Shown piece by piece: positions 1 through 13,119 of a DNA stretch of 64,000 nucleotides (positions within the stretch are counted from its first letter, which is position 1; each line of letters begins with the position of its first letter). A program made the translations under genes and the position numbers. Source of the stretch: Octopus sinensis (lineage: Eukaryota); NCBI RefSeq assembly GCF_006345805.1, contig NC_042999.1, forward strand, positions 169,260,001 to 169,324,000, written 5' to 3'. The notes beneath the pieces are model-generated. The model saw only the letters and a program-made list of their open reading frames with translations. It made no database searches and had not been told where the DNA came from.

Positions 1-1450
1 TCTAGAAAGAAAATCTACATTCCCAATATTTCATGCATTTATTCACTTCTCAATCGATGTCTTTCTCTAACAATGCTATAATGAATTAGTATATTTAGAA
101 TATTCTATAGCAATTTTTTAAATCGATCTACAAAGTTAAAGATCTTCTATCAAAAAAGCATCTCAAAATTGTGTTCTACTTCATTTGATATCTAATCCTC
201 ATGCATTTTCTAGTCATCTTACACTGCTCTGTAAGATCTACATAAATGTAAAAGAGCATGAGAAGTGGGCTGGGCTGCATTGATTAGATATAATTTCATT
301 GGTAGAGAGAGAAATTGTACATACCTTTTTTTAACCATTTTCACTGGCAGCCTACTTGTAGATACCTTTTTTGGCATCTAAATTTAGATATCTTAGAAAT
401 GGTCAAAACTCAATACTAAATGAAGAGCTACATGTGAAAAAGAAACCTGTTTGTAAATCAGTATTGATAACATCCATGCCAAATTAGGGTTCATCCAACT
501 TAGGCACTGTGTGGGATTATATCTAATGTTCTTTAGACTCATAGAAAAAATACTACAAGGACTAGTCATGCACACACTCATTCAGCATACTTGCAGTGAA
601 TGTGTGGATAAACTACTACATGTGTTCAAACCTCAGTTTAGGTAATCTGCTTTGCCCCTAGTCAAACTGTAATGTCAGCGTGTCCCTTATTCTCTAAGAA
701 GTGGGTATAAGATCTGATGTTTAGCTTTAGTTTTATGGCTCTAAACATATAAGTTAATTTCCCTATGAATAGATTATCAGTTTATATCATAAAATTCCAA
801 AAAAACGTGGTACCTATTTCAAATGGTTAGGAAGACAATTTATGTAAAGATGCCTAGAGTTTATAGAACTTTTTTGTTTACATCACTTTGGATCTTTTTT
901 TTTATTAACTTTTTTGTACATATTTTGAACCCTAGTCTTTCCTCATTGATCTGTAGATAAAATACTTTAAAGTTATTGTTACAGAAATATTAATAAATAC
1001 AGCTTCTACAAATGATTCAAAGTTTAACAATTAAAACGTTTTCCAGTTGAGACACTACTTCAAGCAAATTTACTTTGTTCAACCAGCTAAGTTAGAGTTG
1101 CCACTTCTGCACCATGTTTGATAGTGAAGAAACAGTGTTCGATTTCATGATAGATGCAGATCTATCCAATAATCGTATTTTATTTTTTAATGAGAAGTTA
1201 AAGATTTTATGCAGTGGAGATGATTATTTCAAATTCTAAAACTGTTGTTGGGTGTCAACTTCATGGTTTATCTTTTGCAAAGTAGATGAGGATGAAATCA
1301 TGAAATCATTACCTTCAATGCATAAGTGTTGATTCAGTTTCACTGCCTTTCAAAAAACTAACCCAAAAAGTATCTAGTCCAAGTAACTCCTAGTAATTAA
1401 ACAAATTTTGAGAATGTTTCTGGAATCTTTACTAGTATTTAGCTTTTCCT

Positions 1451-1483
<33 letters not shown>

Positions 1484-2446
1484 GAAAACCCCTTCTAGTA
1501 AAACGTTCTAATAACCAGGCATGCTTTTGTTTTATTAACTTCATTTACTATGCAGCACTGTCACATGCAAGTACCCCTTTCTATATATTTCTATAAAATT
1601 ATCATTGCTGTTTGTGGAGTAAAGTTTAGCAGCCCCAAAATCTAACTTATACATTTTTCTCTACACAGAACCCCTTTTTTTGTTCTCTTTCCTTAACCTC
1701 CACCCATTACTAACAATTTCTTTCTGTCATTGAACTATTAACCATAGTCAATTAATAAACTAAATGAAAAAAGTAGTTGAGGTAAATTATAAGTAAATCA
1801 CATACACACTTAAACTGAAAATAATTGAATGGCCATAAAACCGTAGTTTTTTGCTCATTTGTTTACTTTTTATTCTTTTGTTCTTTTACTCCTAATGTTT
1901 TTAAACTAATTAATTTTAAGTAATTGTCGTTTTTCTTTCTTTCATTTTTTTTCTTTTCATTTTATTGCACATTTTTTGCCTCTCATTGCTTTTGTTCTTG
2001 TCTTTCACAAATCTTACTTAAACAATCTAAATAATTTGAGTGAAAATTTTTCTTTTTTGTATGCATAATATACATCTTTTCTTTTAATGCATGTGTGCGT
2101 GTGCATATCTGTCTACTTCATGGTTTATATATTAACACTGCCTTCCTCTATTAATTGTTCAGTTTAAACCACGGATTAGGTTGCTTTTCTAATTCCTGAA
2201 CATCTGTTCAGCAACTGAAATGTTTATTTTTCCTTGTGGCATTAAAAATGATAAAAATAAATAATTTTTAGATTGCATTTTCTTCCCATTAATTCTTTAA
2301 CATATAAACCACTGAAAATATTCACTTTAATCTTCTGTTGTCCTCCAATCTGTTGAATTAAATCTTTGCATGGTACTATCCCAAGCAACTGTCCTTGTCC
2401 CAGTGTATAAAATTTTCATACTTTGCAGTATTATTGCATTTTAGTG

Positions 2447-2674
2447 TTAATAATAAGTCCTTTCTACTGAAGGCACAAGGCCTGAAATTTTGGGGGCAGG
2501 GGACTAGTCGATTACATTGACCTCAGTGTTTCACTGGTATTTAATTTATCCACCCCGAAAGAATGAAAGGTAAAGTTGATCTCAGCGGAATTTGAACTCA
2601 GAACATAAGGACAGACAAGATGTCGCTAAGCATTTTGCCCAGCATGCTAATGACTCTGCCAGCTCACCACCTTC

Positions 2675-2713
<39 letters not shown>

Positions 2714-3133
2714 CCTTTCTACTGTAGGTACAAGCCTGAAATTTTGTAGAAGAGGACTAGTCAATTACATCAGCCCCTGTTTCACCAGTATTTATCAACC
2801 CCAAAAGGATGAAAGGCAGAGTTGACCTCAGCAGAATTTGAACTCATCATGCTAATAATTCTGCCAGCTCGATGCTTGAATAATAATAATAACAATAATA
2901 ATGATAATAATAATCCTTTCAACTAAAGGCATAAAGGCTGAAATTTGTTGGGGGGGGGGGGAACTAGTTGATTACAGCAACTCCAGTGTTTCCCTGATAC
3001 TTAATTTATCAACCCTAAAAGGATGAAAGGCAAAGACGACCTTGGTGGAATCTGAAGTCAGAACATAAAGATGGATGAAATGTAACTAAGCATTTTTCTT
3101 GGCATGCAAATGATTCTGCCAGCTTGCTGCCTT
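2447..3133 (-). mobile_element. Three tandem tRNA-derived SINE copies (family A), separated by (TAA)n tails
   Basis: Repeated head (..ctgccagctc..cctt), B-box-like gaatttgaactc, central 'gaaaggatgaaaggcaaagt' block, tails in TAA repeats. Approximate copies: 2447-2673, 2700-2878, 2908-3133. Confidence 0.8.
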
Positions 3134-3517
3134 TACTCTTTTACTTGTTTCAGTCATGTGACTGCGGCCATGCTGGAGCACTGCCTTTAGTCGAGCAAAT
3201 CGACCCCCAGGACTTATTCTTTGTAAGCCCAGTACTTATTCTATCGGTCTCTTTTTGCCAAACCGTTAAGTGATGGGGACGTAAACACACCAGCATCGGT
3301 TGTCAAGCAATGGTGGGGGGACAAACACATACACACACATATATATATACATATATACGACAGGCTTCTTTCAGTTTCCGTCTACCAAATCCACTCACAA
3401 GGCTTTAGTCGGCCCGAGGCTATAGCAGAAGACACTTGCCCAAGATGCCACGCAGTGGGACTGAACCCAAAACCATGTGGTTGGTTAGCAAGCTACTTAC
3501 CACACAGCCACTCCTAA
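3134..3517 (-). mobile_element. tRNA-derived CORE-type SINE (family B, OR2-like)
   Basis: The minus strand starts aggagtggctgtgtggtaag..gggttcagtcccactgcgtggcatcttgggcaagtgtc (A/B boxes plus CORE-like cttgggcaagt). Near-identical copy at 26630-27056. Confidence 0.75.
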
Positions 3518-3547
3518 TGATAATGATGATAATAATAATAATAATAA

Positions 3548-3985
3548 TAAGCTAGCAGAATCACTAGCCTGTCAGATACAATGCTTAGTGGCATTATTTC
3601 TTCCAGCTTTATGCACTGAGTTCAAATTCTGCTGACTGCCTTTCATCATTATTTTATGAAGGCTGATAAAATAAGTACTAGTTGAACGCTGGTGGGTGAG
3701 TAATCAACTAAGCCCCTCTCCCTAAATTTCAGATCTTCTGCCCATAGTAGAAAGGATTATTATTATTATTATCATTATTAAGGCAGTGAGCTGGCAGAAT
3801 CGTTAGCATACTGGGTGAAATACTTGGTATTTCATTTGTCACTATCAAAGTCGACTTTGCCTTTCATCCTTTCAGGGTCGTTTGAATAAGTACCAGTTAT
3901 GCACTGGGGTTGATGTAATCAACTTAATCCCTTACTTAAAATTTCAGACCTTGTGCCTACAATAGAAAGGATTATTATTACCATT
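3548..3985 (+). mobile_element. Two tandem family A SINE copies in plus orientation
   Basis: Reverse complement of the copies at 2447-3133, with (TTA)n tails. Confidence 0.8.
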
Positions 3986-5989
3986 ATTATTGATTACATC
4001 TATATAGTACTTTTTTTTAGTATCATTCTAACTTGCACACGATGCATGATTTGCACTAAACAGCAGTAACATCTAAGCTAGAGAAGCAGGCCAAGTTTTA
4101 GGCTAAGTTATTTGGAACATGTCACTAATTACAGGTTGATGGAGTATTTTGCCAAATAAATGGTTGCTTCCTTGTAGCATTTAAAATTTTGTTTGGTGCA
4201 GTACCAATATAAAAAGATTCAAATGATTGTTTCAGTTTTCCTGTCTCTGATAAAATTGGTTTTACTGAAATATATTGATCGCAAACTTAAATAGTTCTAG
4301 TCTAAGCACATCTGGGAAAGTATCTCTTAATGTATAATCTTGCTAAGATGACTATTAGCATTTCTTTTGTTAGTGCTATTATTTTAGGCATATATCATGA
4401 GGTGGTGCAGGTTGTTGGGAAGAATGAATATTCAACTATTTGGCAAGGTATATTTCAGGATTGATAGCTTCATATTATCTTCATCTTCATCAGTAAACAT
4501 TTTACATAAATTCCAGTCTTGCTATAGTAGCAGCAATGATATTAGGCTGACTCTGATCAATAATCATTCCCCAAACTCCTTCATTGCTTCACAGATACAT
4601 TTATCCTTTAACATATAAAAGCAAGTCTAACTAATATTTCTTTATCAATATTCTATCTAACCTTGCAGGGAATTAAGTTAATAATGCTCTTTTTATCAGT
4701 AACTCAGACCATAATAATTATCACAATAACACTAAGAAATGAACCACATGATAAAACAAAAGCTTTATGTGCTAAAATTTACTATCAAAACTAAGTTTAC
4801 TATTTCAGTGTGTTTTTAAGACTGACTGATAGTCAGTTTTTAAGAACATCTTGGAATAGAATGTAAAGTACTCCATAGGGAAGAGAGATTTTCTTGTGTC
4901 ATTTATTGTCAAAACCTGAATGTCATGGACTTGGCTATCACTCCCCAATTACCAAAACTGTAAGTGTGTAAGAGATAGACATATGCGCACACATTCATAT
5001 ATCGCTTTTAAAATGTTAACTACGCACTTGAAAGCCTGCAATATAATCACACAGATAAAATAAATAGATAAAAACATTGATCTTTAAAACAAACGTAAAT
5101 GATATATAAAATAAGAATTTTTACAACTTTAGCAAACAAATTTTCACCACCAACAATAATCTGAACTGCTCTTGACTACAACAATTCTAACTCTACTCCA
5201 GGATTCATACACAGTATATACACTATATATACCTATATACAATACACATATATTCATAGACCAGCTGTTTACCAACTGACATGCATAGAACACTCAAATT
5301 CTCCCCACCCACTCATATCTATACAAAAATACTTGAGATCCATTCAGTTGTTCTCACTCTAATATCAAACCAAAACACTTGTCCCTTTCACTACCTCATA
5401 CAAAGAAATATATAAAGACATACATGTGCACACACTAATCTTCTTTAATGAAGTCCTCTCTGAAATTCTTTCACTAAACATTGTCAAATTCTTTACATTT
5501 GAATAGTAATGCCCACTCATTCGAATGATATCATCTGAAGAAGTCAAAAGCTTCTTAGCATTTAGTCTTAGAAACATATATATGTTCTCTCTTCCCATCA
5601 AGCAGAATTAAAATACATATTCAGCATAAAATATCTTACTATGCTAATTTACTACTATATTCTAAATACATATGTACATGTATACAGATATACATTTTAT
5701 GTACAAAAGTAACAACATTTTTTTTCACACATCTATACTTAGAATTAAAAATATCAGAATTTCAAAGGAAAGAATCTAATTCTTTAGTAAATCTACAATG
5801 AACAGTTTTCTCATATCAGTTTTTAAAAATAACTGCACTTGTTTGGATGAAAGTTAAAATTTTATGAACTATGGTTATTGTACTTGTTTATGTAGGGGAA
5901 AATGGCATAAAAATTTCTTTTAAGTAATTATTGTTTTCCATTTCTTAAATTAAATTATTTTTCCTCCTCTTTTGACTTTCTTCTTTTAG

Positions 5990-6139
5990 GAATCCATGTC
6001 TGAAGCAAATGAGAGCTCATTACTAAAGGATGTTGCTGAAGAGGAAGTTTCCCTGCATGTGTCACGAGCCGTGGGTCAAGGATTGGGTATCAGTATAGCT
6101 GGAGGGAAAGGTTCAACCCCATACAAAGGCAATGATGAG
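5990..6139 (+). CDS. scrib: Scribble coding exon: start of PDZ1 (ESMSEANE...GLGISIAGGKGSTPYKGNDE)
   Basis: Pyrimidine tract plus AG at 5988-5989, donor GAG|GTGAGT, 150 nt, phase 0-0. The peptide GLGISIAGGKGSTPYKG.DE is characteristic of Scribble PDZ1. Confidence 0.9.
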
Positions 6140-6315
6140 GTGAGTCACAGAGATGTTCTATTCAGCTTTAAGTTCCATTCATTTCAGTTAGAAATATAAA
6201 TTTGTTTTACAATACGATTTTATTCCTATCAAAAATATATATTGTACATATATAGTGTTTATATATACTACATTGTGTGAGATATATGCGTGTGTGTTTG
6301 TATGTGTGTGTATAT

Positions 6316-6520
6316 GTGTCAGCTCTGTCTGGCACCTGTGCGGGTGGCACGTAAAAAGCACCCACTGCACTCTCGGAGTGGTTGGCGTTAGGAAGGGCAT
6401 CCAGCCGTAGAAACACTGCCAGATTTGACTGGGCCTGATGAAGCCTTCTGGCTTCACAGACCCCAGTAGAACCGTCCAACCCATGCTAGCATGGAAAACG
6501 GACGCTTAACGATGATGATG
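6316..6520 (+). mobile_element. 5'-truncated RTE LINE 3' UTR
   Basis: tggcacgtaaaaagcacccact...ccaacccatgctagcatggaaaacggacg plus (GAT)n tail, same as the ends of the long RTE copies. Confidence 0.85.
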
Positions 6521-7149
6521 ATATGTGTGTATACATATACATATATATTTATATATAAAACAATTGCATTAACATCTACATATATATTCATATACACATA
6601 TAAATATATATACATAATATTATTAAAATTAATAATATGTATGAAAATTTATGTCAACACAACAATTTCAAGGTAATGCATATTGGAAAAATTAAAACTG
6701 AACCCCTGAAAAGTTTTAGCTGTTAAAATGTTCCTTTTACTTATCGATGTCTCAGATAAATTTCAGCCTCACGTCTTGTGTTAAATAAATATATAATTCT
6801 ATAGTTCCTCTCAATTATCGGTCTAAGATAAATTTAGCTCACGCATCTCCCCTAAATCTGCAACATGTCTCTCTCTCTCAATTAGGTCTCTTGTACCTAC
6901 TACTAAGTATTCCTTTTCCAAGAGATGAGAGGCACCTCTTCATGGCTGCCAGTTTTCGCAGTGCACCCGCCCTCCGCCTCCTCCACCTTTACAGGAAGTC
7001 CCAAATTTTGTCATCCTTGGTTGTCTCCAATGTACACTTCAAAAGTCTTACGCCACCCCCACCCCCTGCTATATAAGATAGTGATCATACATTGCAAAAT
7101 ATGATAGTGTAGTGTACGCGGTTTGAAGTTAAGTCTATTGTTTGTCTAT

Positions 7150-10100
7150 GAATCCTGCCAAACGTGAGTTTTCTTTTCCGGCACATGAAGCTACTGTTCC
7201 CCGTCCCAAGGTGCCCAGGGCCTATACCTCCCACACCCCAGGGTTGGCACCCTCAATGTTGGCACACTGAAAGGCAGGTCTGGCGACATTGTTGAGTTGC
7301 TTGAACGGAGATGTGTTGATATGTGCTGCATTCAAGAAGTGAGGTGGAGAGGAGGTTCTGCTAGGTTCCTCACAGGTACAAGATTTTCTGGGCTGAGAAC
7401 ACTGACAGGGTCGGGGGTGTGGGTATACTTATCGATGAAAAATGGGTAGATAAGATAATTGAGGTAGTCAGAGTATGCGACAGAATACTTAAGATTAGAT
7501 TAGTGCTTCATCATGGATTAGCAACCATTATATTGGCCTATGCCCATCAGTCAGGGCTACCTGATGGATAGAAAGACCAATTCTACGACACCCTACTGCA
7601 GACTACCTCATCGACGAACAACAGGGACCTTCTCTTTGTGGCTGGTGACTTCAATGGGCATGTTGGACAACATTCTGGGGGCTTCCATGGCGTACATGGA
7701 GGCTATGGCTATGGTTCCCGCAACGAGAAGGGAACCAGGCTGCTGGAGTTCTGCGATGCGAATGATCTTATGGTTTGTAACACTAACTTCAGGAAACCTA
7801 CCAGCCACCTAGTCACCTACTGATCGGGCCGACATACTAGCCAAATCGACTAAATCCTTGCCAGGAAAAGGGAAAGATGGCTGCTTAGAAATGCCAAAAC
7901 CTTCCCAGGCGAGAATGTACCCCACAACATAGACTGGTAGTTAGTGACTTTAGGATCAGGACTAGAAGGACAACCAGAAGACGACCAACATGGAGAAGAC
8001 GGGTCTGGAAGCTTAAAGATCCTGCAAATGGACAGAGATTTAGAGACATATTACTTGAAGCCTTTGACAAAATAGAAGGGGATATAGCTTCACATAGGGT
8101 AGAAGACAACTGGAGGTTTCTAAGGGACAATGTGCTGAGAGCCACTGACCAGATCTGTGGCTGGTGCAAAGTCCCCTCAAGACCCAAAATAAAGTGGTGG
8201 TGGAACAGTATTGTTGACGGGGCCATTAGACAAAAGAGACGGGCTTGGAAGGACTGGAAGAACGGTGGTAGCAGGGAAGTGTATCAGACTGCCAGAAGGG
8301 AAGCTAGGAGGCAGGTGTATTTAGCCAGAAGGGAAGCAGATAAGAAAAAATTTGCCAATGTTCTGCGCTGTGAGGATGAAAGACTTGAGGTATTTCGTGT
8401 TGCAAGACAGTGTGTGAGAGAGAATCGTGATGTGGTAGGAGAGAAATGTCTTTGCATGGATGATGGTTCACTTGCGCTAAATGAGGATGCAAAGAGAGAG
8501 GTATGGAGACACCACTATGAAAGGTTGCTGAATAAAGAAAATGAATGGGATAAAGGGAGTCTGCCGAATGTTGACCCAACAGAGGGACCAGCTATCCAAA
8601 TTGACAGTTCCTTGGTAGTTAAGGCAATTAGAAGCATGAAGACAGGGAAAGCCCCAGGCCCATCAGGAATTACTGCAGAGATGCTCAAAATATCTGGTAG
8701 TGTCGGCTATAGCCTAGTCACCCGTATAGTTAACCAGGTGATACATGAAGGAGTCATACCCAATGACTGGTGTAGCAGCATAATAGTCAACTGCTACAAA
8801 GGTAAAGGTGACGCCCTAGATACAAATAATTACAGAGGTATCAAGCTGTTGGATCAGGTAATGAAGGTTACGGAGAGGGTCATAGCCCAACTGATTATGG
8901 AGAGAGTTAGTTTAGATGAGATGCAGTTTGGGTTCATGCCAGGGAAAAGAACTACTGATGCTATATTCCTGGTAAGACAGCTGCAGGAGAAATATCTAGC
9001 CAAAGATAAGCCCCTGTACCTGGCTTTTGTTGACATGGAGAAAGCCTTCGAGAGGGTCCCCCGATCCCTTATCTGGTGGTCAATGAGGAAACTAGGGATA
9101 GATGAATGGTTAGTGAGAGCTGTGCGAGCCATGTACAGGGATGCTGCTAGTAAGGTGAGGGTTGGCAACGAGTACAGAGAAGAATTCCAGGTAGAGGTAG
9201 GGGTCCACCAAGGTTCAGTCCTCAGCCCCCTCCTATTTATCATAGTCCTCCAGGCAATAATGGAGGAATTCAAGACAGGATGCCCCTGGGAGCTCCTGTA
9301 TGCTGTTGACCTTGCTCTAATTGCTGAGTCACTATCAGAACTGGAGGAGAAGTTCCAGGTGTGGAAGGAGGGATTAGAATCGAGGGGCCTTAGAGTCAAC
9401 CTAGCTAAAACCAAAGTCCTAATAAGTAGGAAGGTAGACAAATCACAAACACCTTCTGGTAGATGGCCCTGCTTGATCTGTAGAAAAGGCATAGGTAGAA
9501 ACTCTATACGATGCACCAAGTGTAAGCTATGGACACATAAGAGGTGCAGCAATGTCAAAGGAAGGTTAACTAGGAAAATAGTTTTTGTATGTGGCAGATG
9601 CTCAGGAGCAATAAACACTGAAGATGTGCAGAGACCAACTTCTGCCACATTCCAGGAAGAAAAACTAGAAATAGTTGATAGCTTCCGTTACCTAGGTGAC
9701 CAAGTCAGTAGCGGGGGTGGGTGTGCTGAAGGCGTAACTGCTAGAGTAAGACTAGCCTCGGCAAAGTTCAAAGAGCTCTTACCTCTGCTGGTGACAAAAG
9801 GCCTCTCGCTCAGAATAAAAGGCAGACTGTATGATGCATGTGTACGAACAGCCATGCTACATGGCAGTGAAACATGGGCCGTGACTGCTGAGGATATGCG
9901 TAAGCTCGCAAGAAATGGAGCCAGTATGCTCCGATGGATGTGTAATGTCAGTGTTCATACTCGACAGAGTGTAAGTACCTTGACAGAGAAGTTGGACCTA
10001 AGAAGAAGCATCAGTTGTGGTGTGCAAGAGAGACGTTTGCGCTGGTATGGTCATGTGACAAGAATGGATGAAGATAGTTGTGTGAAAAAGTGCCACACCC

Positions 10101-10696
10101 TAGCGGTTGAGGGAACCTGTGGAAGAGGTAGACCCAGGAAAACCTGGGATGAGGTGGTGAAGCACGACCTTCGAACTTTAGGTCTCACCGAGGAAATGAC
10201 TAGAGACCGAGACCATTGGAAGTATGCTGTGCGTGAGAAGACCCGGCAGGACAAGTGAGACCATAACCCGTGGGATGTAGCCAGTCCACTTATGCATACC
10301 TTTCCTTCTTGGGACACAAAACTCTACTTGTGAAGACCTGTTGAGGCAAGTGAGAATCCAAATCGATCAACATCAATGGAAATTGTAACTGTGATACCAG
10401 TGCCAGTGGCACGTAAAAAGCACCATCCGATCGTGGCCGTTTGCCAGCCTCGTCTGGCACCTGTGCCGGTGGTACGTAAAAAGCACCATCTGATCGTGGC
10501 CGTTGCCAGCCTCGTCTGGCACGTAAAAAGCACCCACTACACTCACGGAGTGATTGGCGTTAGTAAGGGCATCCAGCCGTAGAAACATTGCCAGATCAGA
10601 CTGGGCCTGGTGCAGCCTTCTGGCTTCCCAGACCCCAGTTGAACCGTACAGCCCATACTAGCATCGAAAGCGGACGCTAAATGATGATGATGATGA
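7150..10696 (+). mobile_element. Near full-length RTE-clade LINE, copy 1 (APE endonuclease plus RT; disabled)
   Basis: Endonuclease motifs VGTLNVGTL, CIQE, GDFNGHVG, IDY/* are broken by frameshifts and stops. The 708-aa ORF at 8132-10258 has RT motifs, but catalytic YADD reads YAVD. The 3' UTR has a repeat array and a (TGA)n tail. The 5' boundary is approximate. Confidence 0.95.
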
Positions 10697-10759
10697 TATA
10701 TATATACATGTAAATTGAAATTTAAAATAATAAGGGTGAAAAATTAAATATTAATTTGA

Positions 10760-11109
10760 TTAATATGAATTGAAATCTAGTGATGTAGCATATAAGACCA
10801 TAGTGGATCTTCTTCTAGCAAAATGCATGTCCATTTTAATAGTTTCAGTATTAAAGTGAAAGCATCTGACATTACAATAGAGAGATGGTTTTGTTTCACT
10901 TTTAACATGTAATACTGAAATAGTGGAGAAGATGTGATATTGCTGTGGGCTCGCCCTAGGCAAGAAGTTAAACATTTTTTTGCCCATGACACTACATGGG
11001 CCTTAAGTAAGGCGTGTGTAAAATTTGAATGAAATTGGTTGTGTAGTTCTCAAATTTTAGGGATTCACACACACAGACAGACACACATTCTCAGTTTTAT
11101 ATATATTGA
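10760..11109 (-). mobile_element. Probable non-autonomous Helitron fragment
   Basis: The minus strand begins A|TCAATATATATAAAACTGAGAATGTGTGTCTG, like the 5' ends of the other Helitrons here. No clear 3' terminus. Confidence 0.45.
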
Positions 11110-11114
11110 TTAAT

Positions 11115-11115
11115 T

Positions 11116-11158
<43 letters not shown>

Positions 11159-11233
11159 GTGTATGTATATGTATATATGCATATATATGTGTGTGTGTGT
11201 ATGTATATATATATATGTGTGCATATATCTATG

Positions 11234-11272
<39 letters not shown>

Positions 11273-11689
11273 ATATTAGAAGGTTTGGAGATGATGTACA
11301 GGTATTATATATTAGAAGAAATAAGGTACTCAGAAATCTGGATGGTTTTGTATTTACAGATATTTATTAATATGTCACACGTTTTTATAAATCATATATT
11401 AGCACTTGTGTCCACTCTAGTGGAGTCTTCAGATTGTATGTATGTGTATATATGTATGTGTGTGTGTGTGTGTATATATATATATGTGTGTATATCTATG
11501 TATGTATGTATGTGTGTATATATATGCGTGTATATCTATTTATATATTTATGTGTGTGTGTATATATATTTGTATATATATATGTTTATATGTATGTGTA
11601 TATAGATGTATATATGTATGTTTATATATATGTATATGTTTATATGTCTATGTACATATGTATGTATATATGTGTATATATATGTATAT

Positions 11690-11767
<78 letters not shown>

Positions 11768-11775
11768 ATGTATAA
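11115..11775. repeat. Compound (TA)n/(TG)n/(TATG)n microsatellite field
   Basis: Direct reading; source of the YI/VC-rich spurious ORFs. Confidence 0.95.
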
Positions 11776-11789
11776 ACTATAGTTTTTCA

Positions 11790-13060
11790 ATTGGCTTTGA
11801 GAGGTGGTTCCTATGAAAGCATATATATCAAATATGGCGCAAAGGACAAATCTTTAACCTCAGAAGACTGTCAGCTAAGTGAAGGATGTCCTCAACTCTT
11901 ATTAGAGGCCTCTTCTATGCAGATGATTGTGATATTGTCACTCATACTGAGATGGACGTGCAAAATCTTATGAATGCAATTTCAGTGGCTTTTGAGGCAC
12001 TTGAGTTAACCATAAATCTAACCAAAACTGTTATGTTTCAGCCAGCACCAGGAATGCCATACATAGGGCCTGCTATCTTTGTGTATGGAAGAAAAATTTA
12101 CTTAGGGAGCATACTAAACACATCAACAAATCTTGATGAAGTGTCACTATGCATTCAGAAAGCCAGATTTCCTTTTGGCAAACTGGAAGACCATCTATGG
12201 TCTAGACATGGTATTTCCACTGCAACAAAGATTAAGTATACAATACATGTATCTTAAGCTCTTTATTGTATGCTTACGAAACCTGGACTGTGTATCGTAA
12301 GCAGTTAGAACTTATGGAACGTTTTCATCAACAATGTCACAGAAGGATTTTGAGCATCAGCTAGAAAATGTTTGTGAGTGACAATGAGGTGCTTGAAAGA
12401 GGGAATTGCTTCAGTATTGAAGCTTTGTTATTTGAGTGCAGATTGAGATGGAGTGGACACTTAGCCAGAAAGACAGACAATAGAATGCCTAAACAACTTT
12501 TTTACGGAGGATTGGTGACACAAACCAAAGATGAGGTATAAAGATTGTCTGTAGTTGGGATTGAATAAGATAAATGTTCCAATTGACAACTGGGAAGATT
12601 TAGCACATTGCCGAGAAAAATGGAAAAAGTTTGTGTGTGAAGGCAAAAAGGAATTTGAAAAGAAGAGAATGGAGCATGCAAACATCAAAAGAAAGATGTG
12701 AAAATGTGACAGGAATGATGTTCTAATAAACATTAATGAACACGATGATCTTACATGTAATAAATGTGGAATGATTTGTCTTAGTAAAGCTGGGCTAAAG
12801 AGCCATATGAAGTCACACATTGCACAACTGCACATTGATTATAGATGGATAGATGATTTCGAATCCATACTCTGTCATAGAGTATGCAGATCAAAAAGTG
12901 GCTTGAACGGGCATAGTGAAGTTCATGGAGCTGTAAACTATACAATCACTAAGTTTTCTTGCACTAATTGTCAAAAATCATGCAAGTCTTTGGAGGCCTC
13001 AAAAGCCATATTCATGCAGCTCATTGATGATATTCTAGGACGTAAAGAAATCAAGCAATG
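11790..13060 (+). mobile_element. Old degenerate RTE/BovB-like LINE 3' half with C-terminal Cys/His knuckles
   Basis: LFYADDC..., LTINLTKT, YLGS, WS.HGIST.TKIK, then C..C...C.SK.GL.SH...H repeats; many stops and frameshifts. Confidence 0.8.
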
Positions 13061-13119
13061 GCTCTACTCAAAATTGAGTTGGTAACCATCATCATGTATG
13101 TATGTATACATACACACAC

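Noticed and set aside
1-5989. Additional scrib exons or a nested gene upstream of the first PDZ1 exon (e.g. ORFs at 1114, 4397, 5365)
   Set aside because: No combination of acceptor, donor and Scribble-like or other domain sequence was found. Small exons could have been missed by eye.
8854-9648. 264-aa minus-strand ORF (also 15660-16460 and others)
   Set aside because: Antisense shadows of the RTE coding strand, with no independent motifs.
11117-11816. Several 80-160 aa ORFs rich in Y/I/V/C/M (also at 26308-26997, 55110-55343, 62578-62823)
   Set aside because: These are translations of (TA)n/(TG)n/(GTR)n microsatellites with no splice or domain support.
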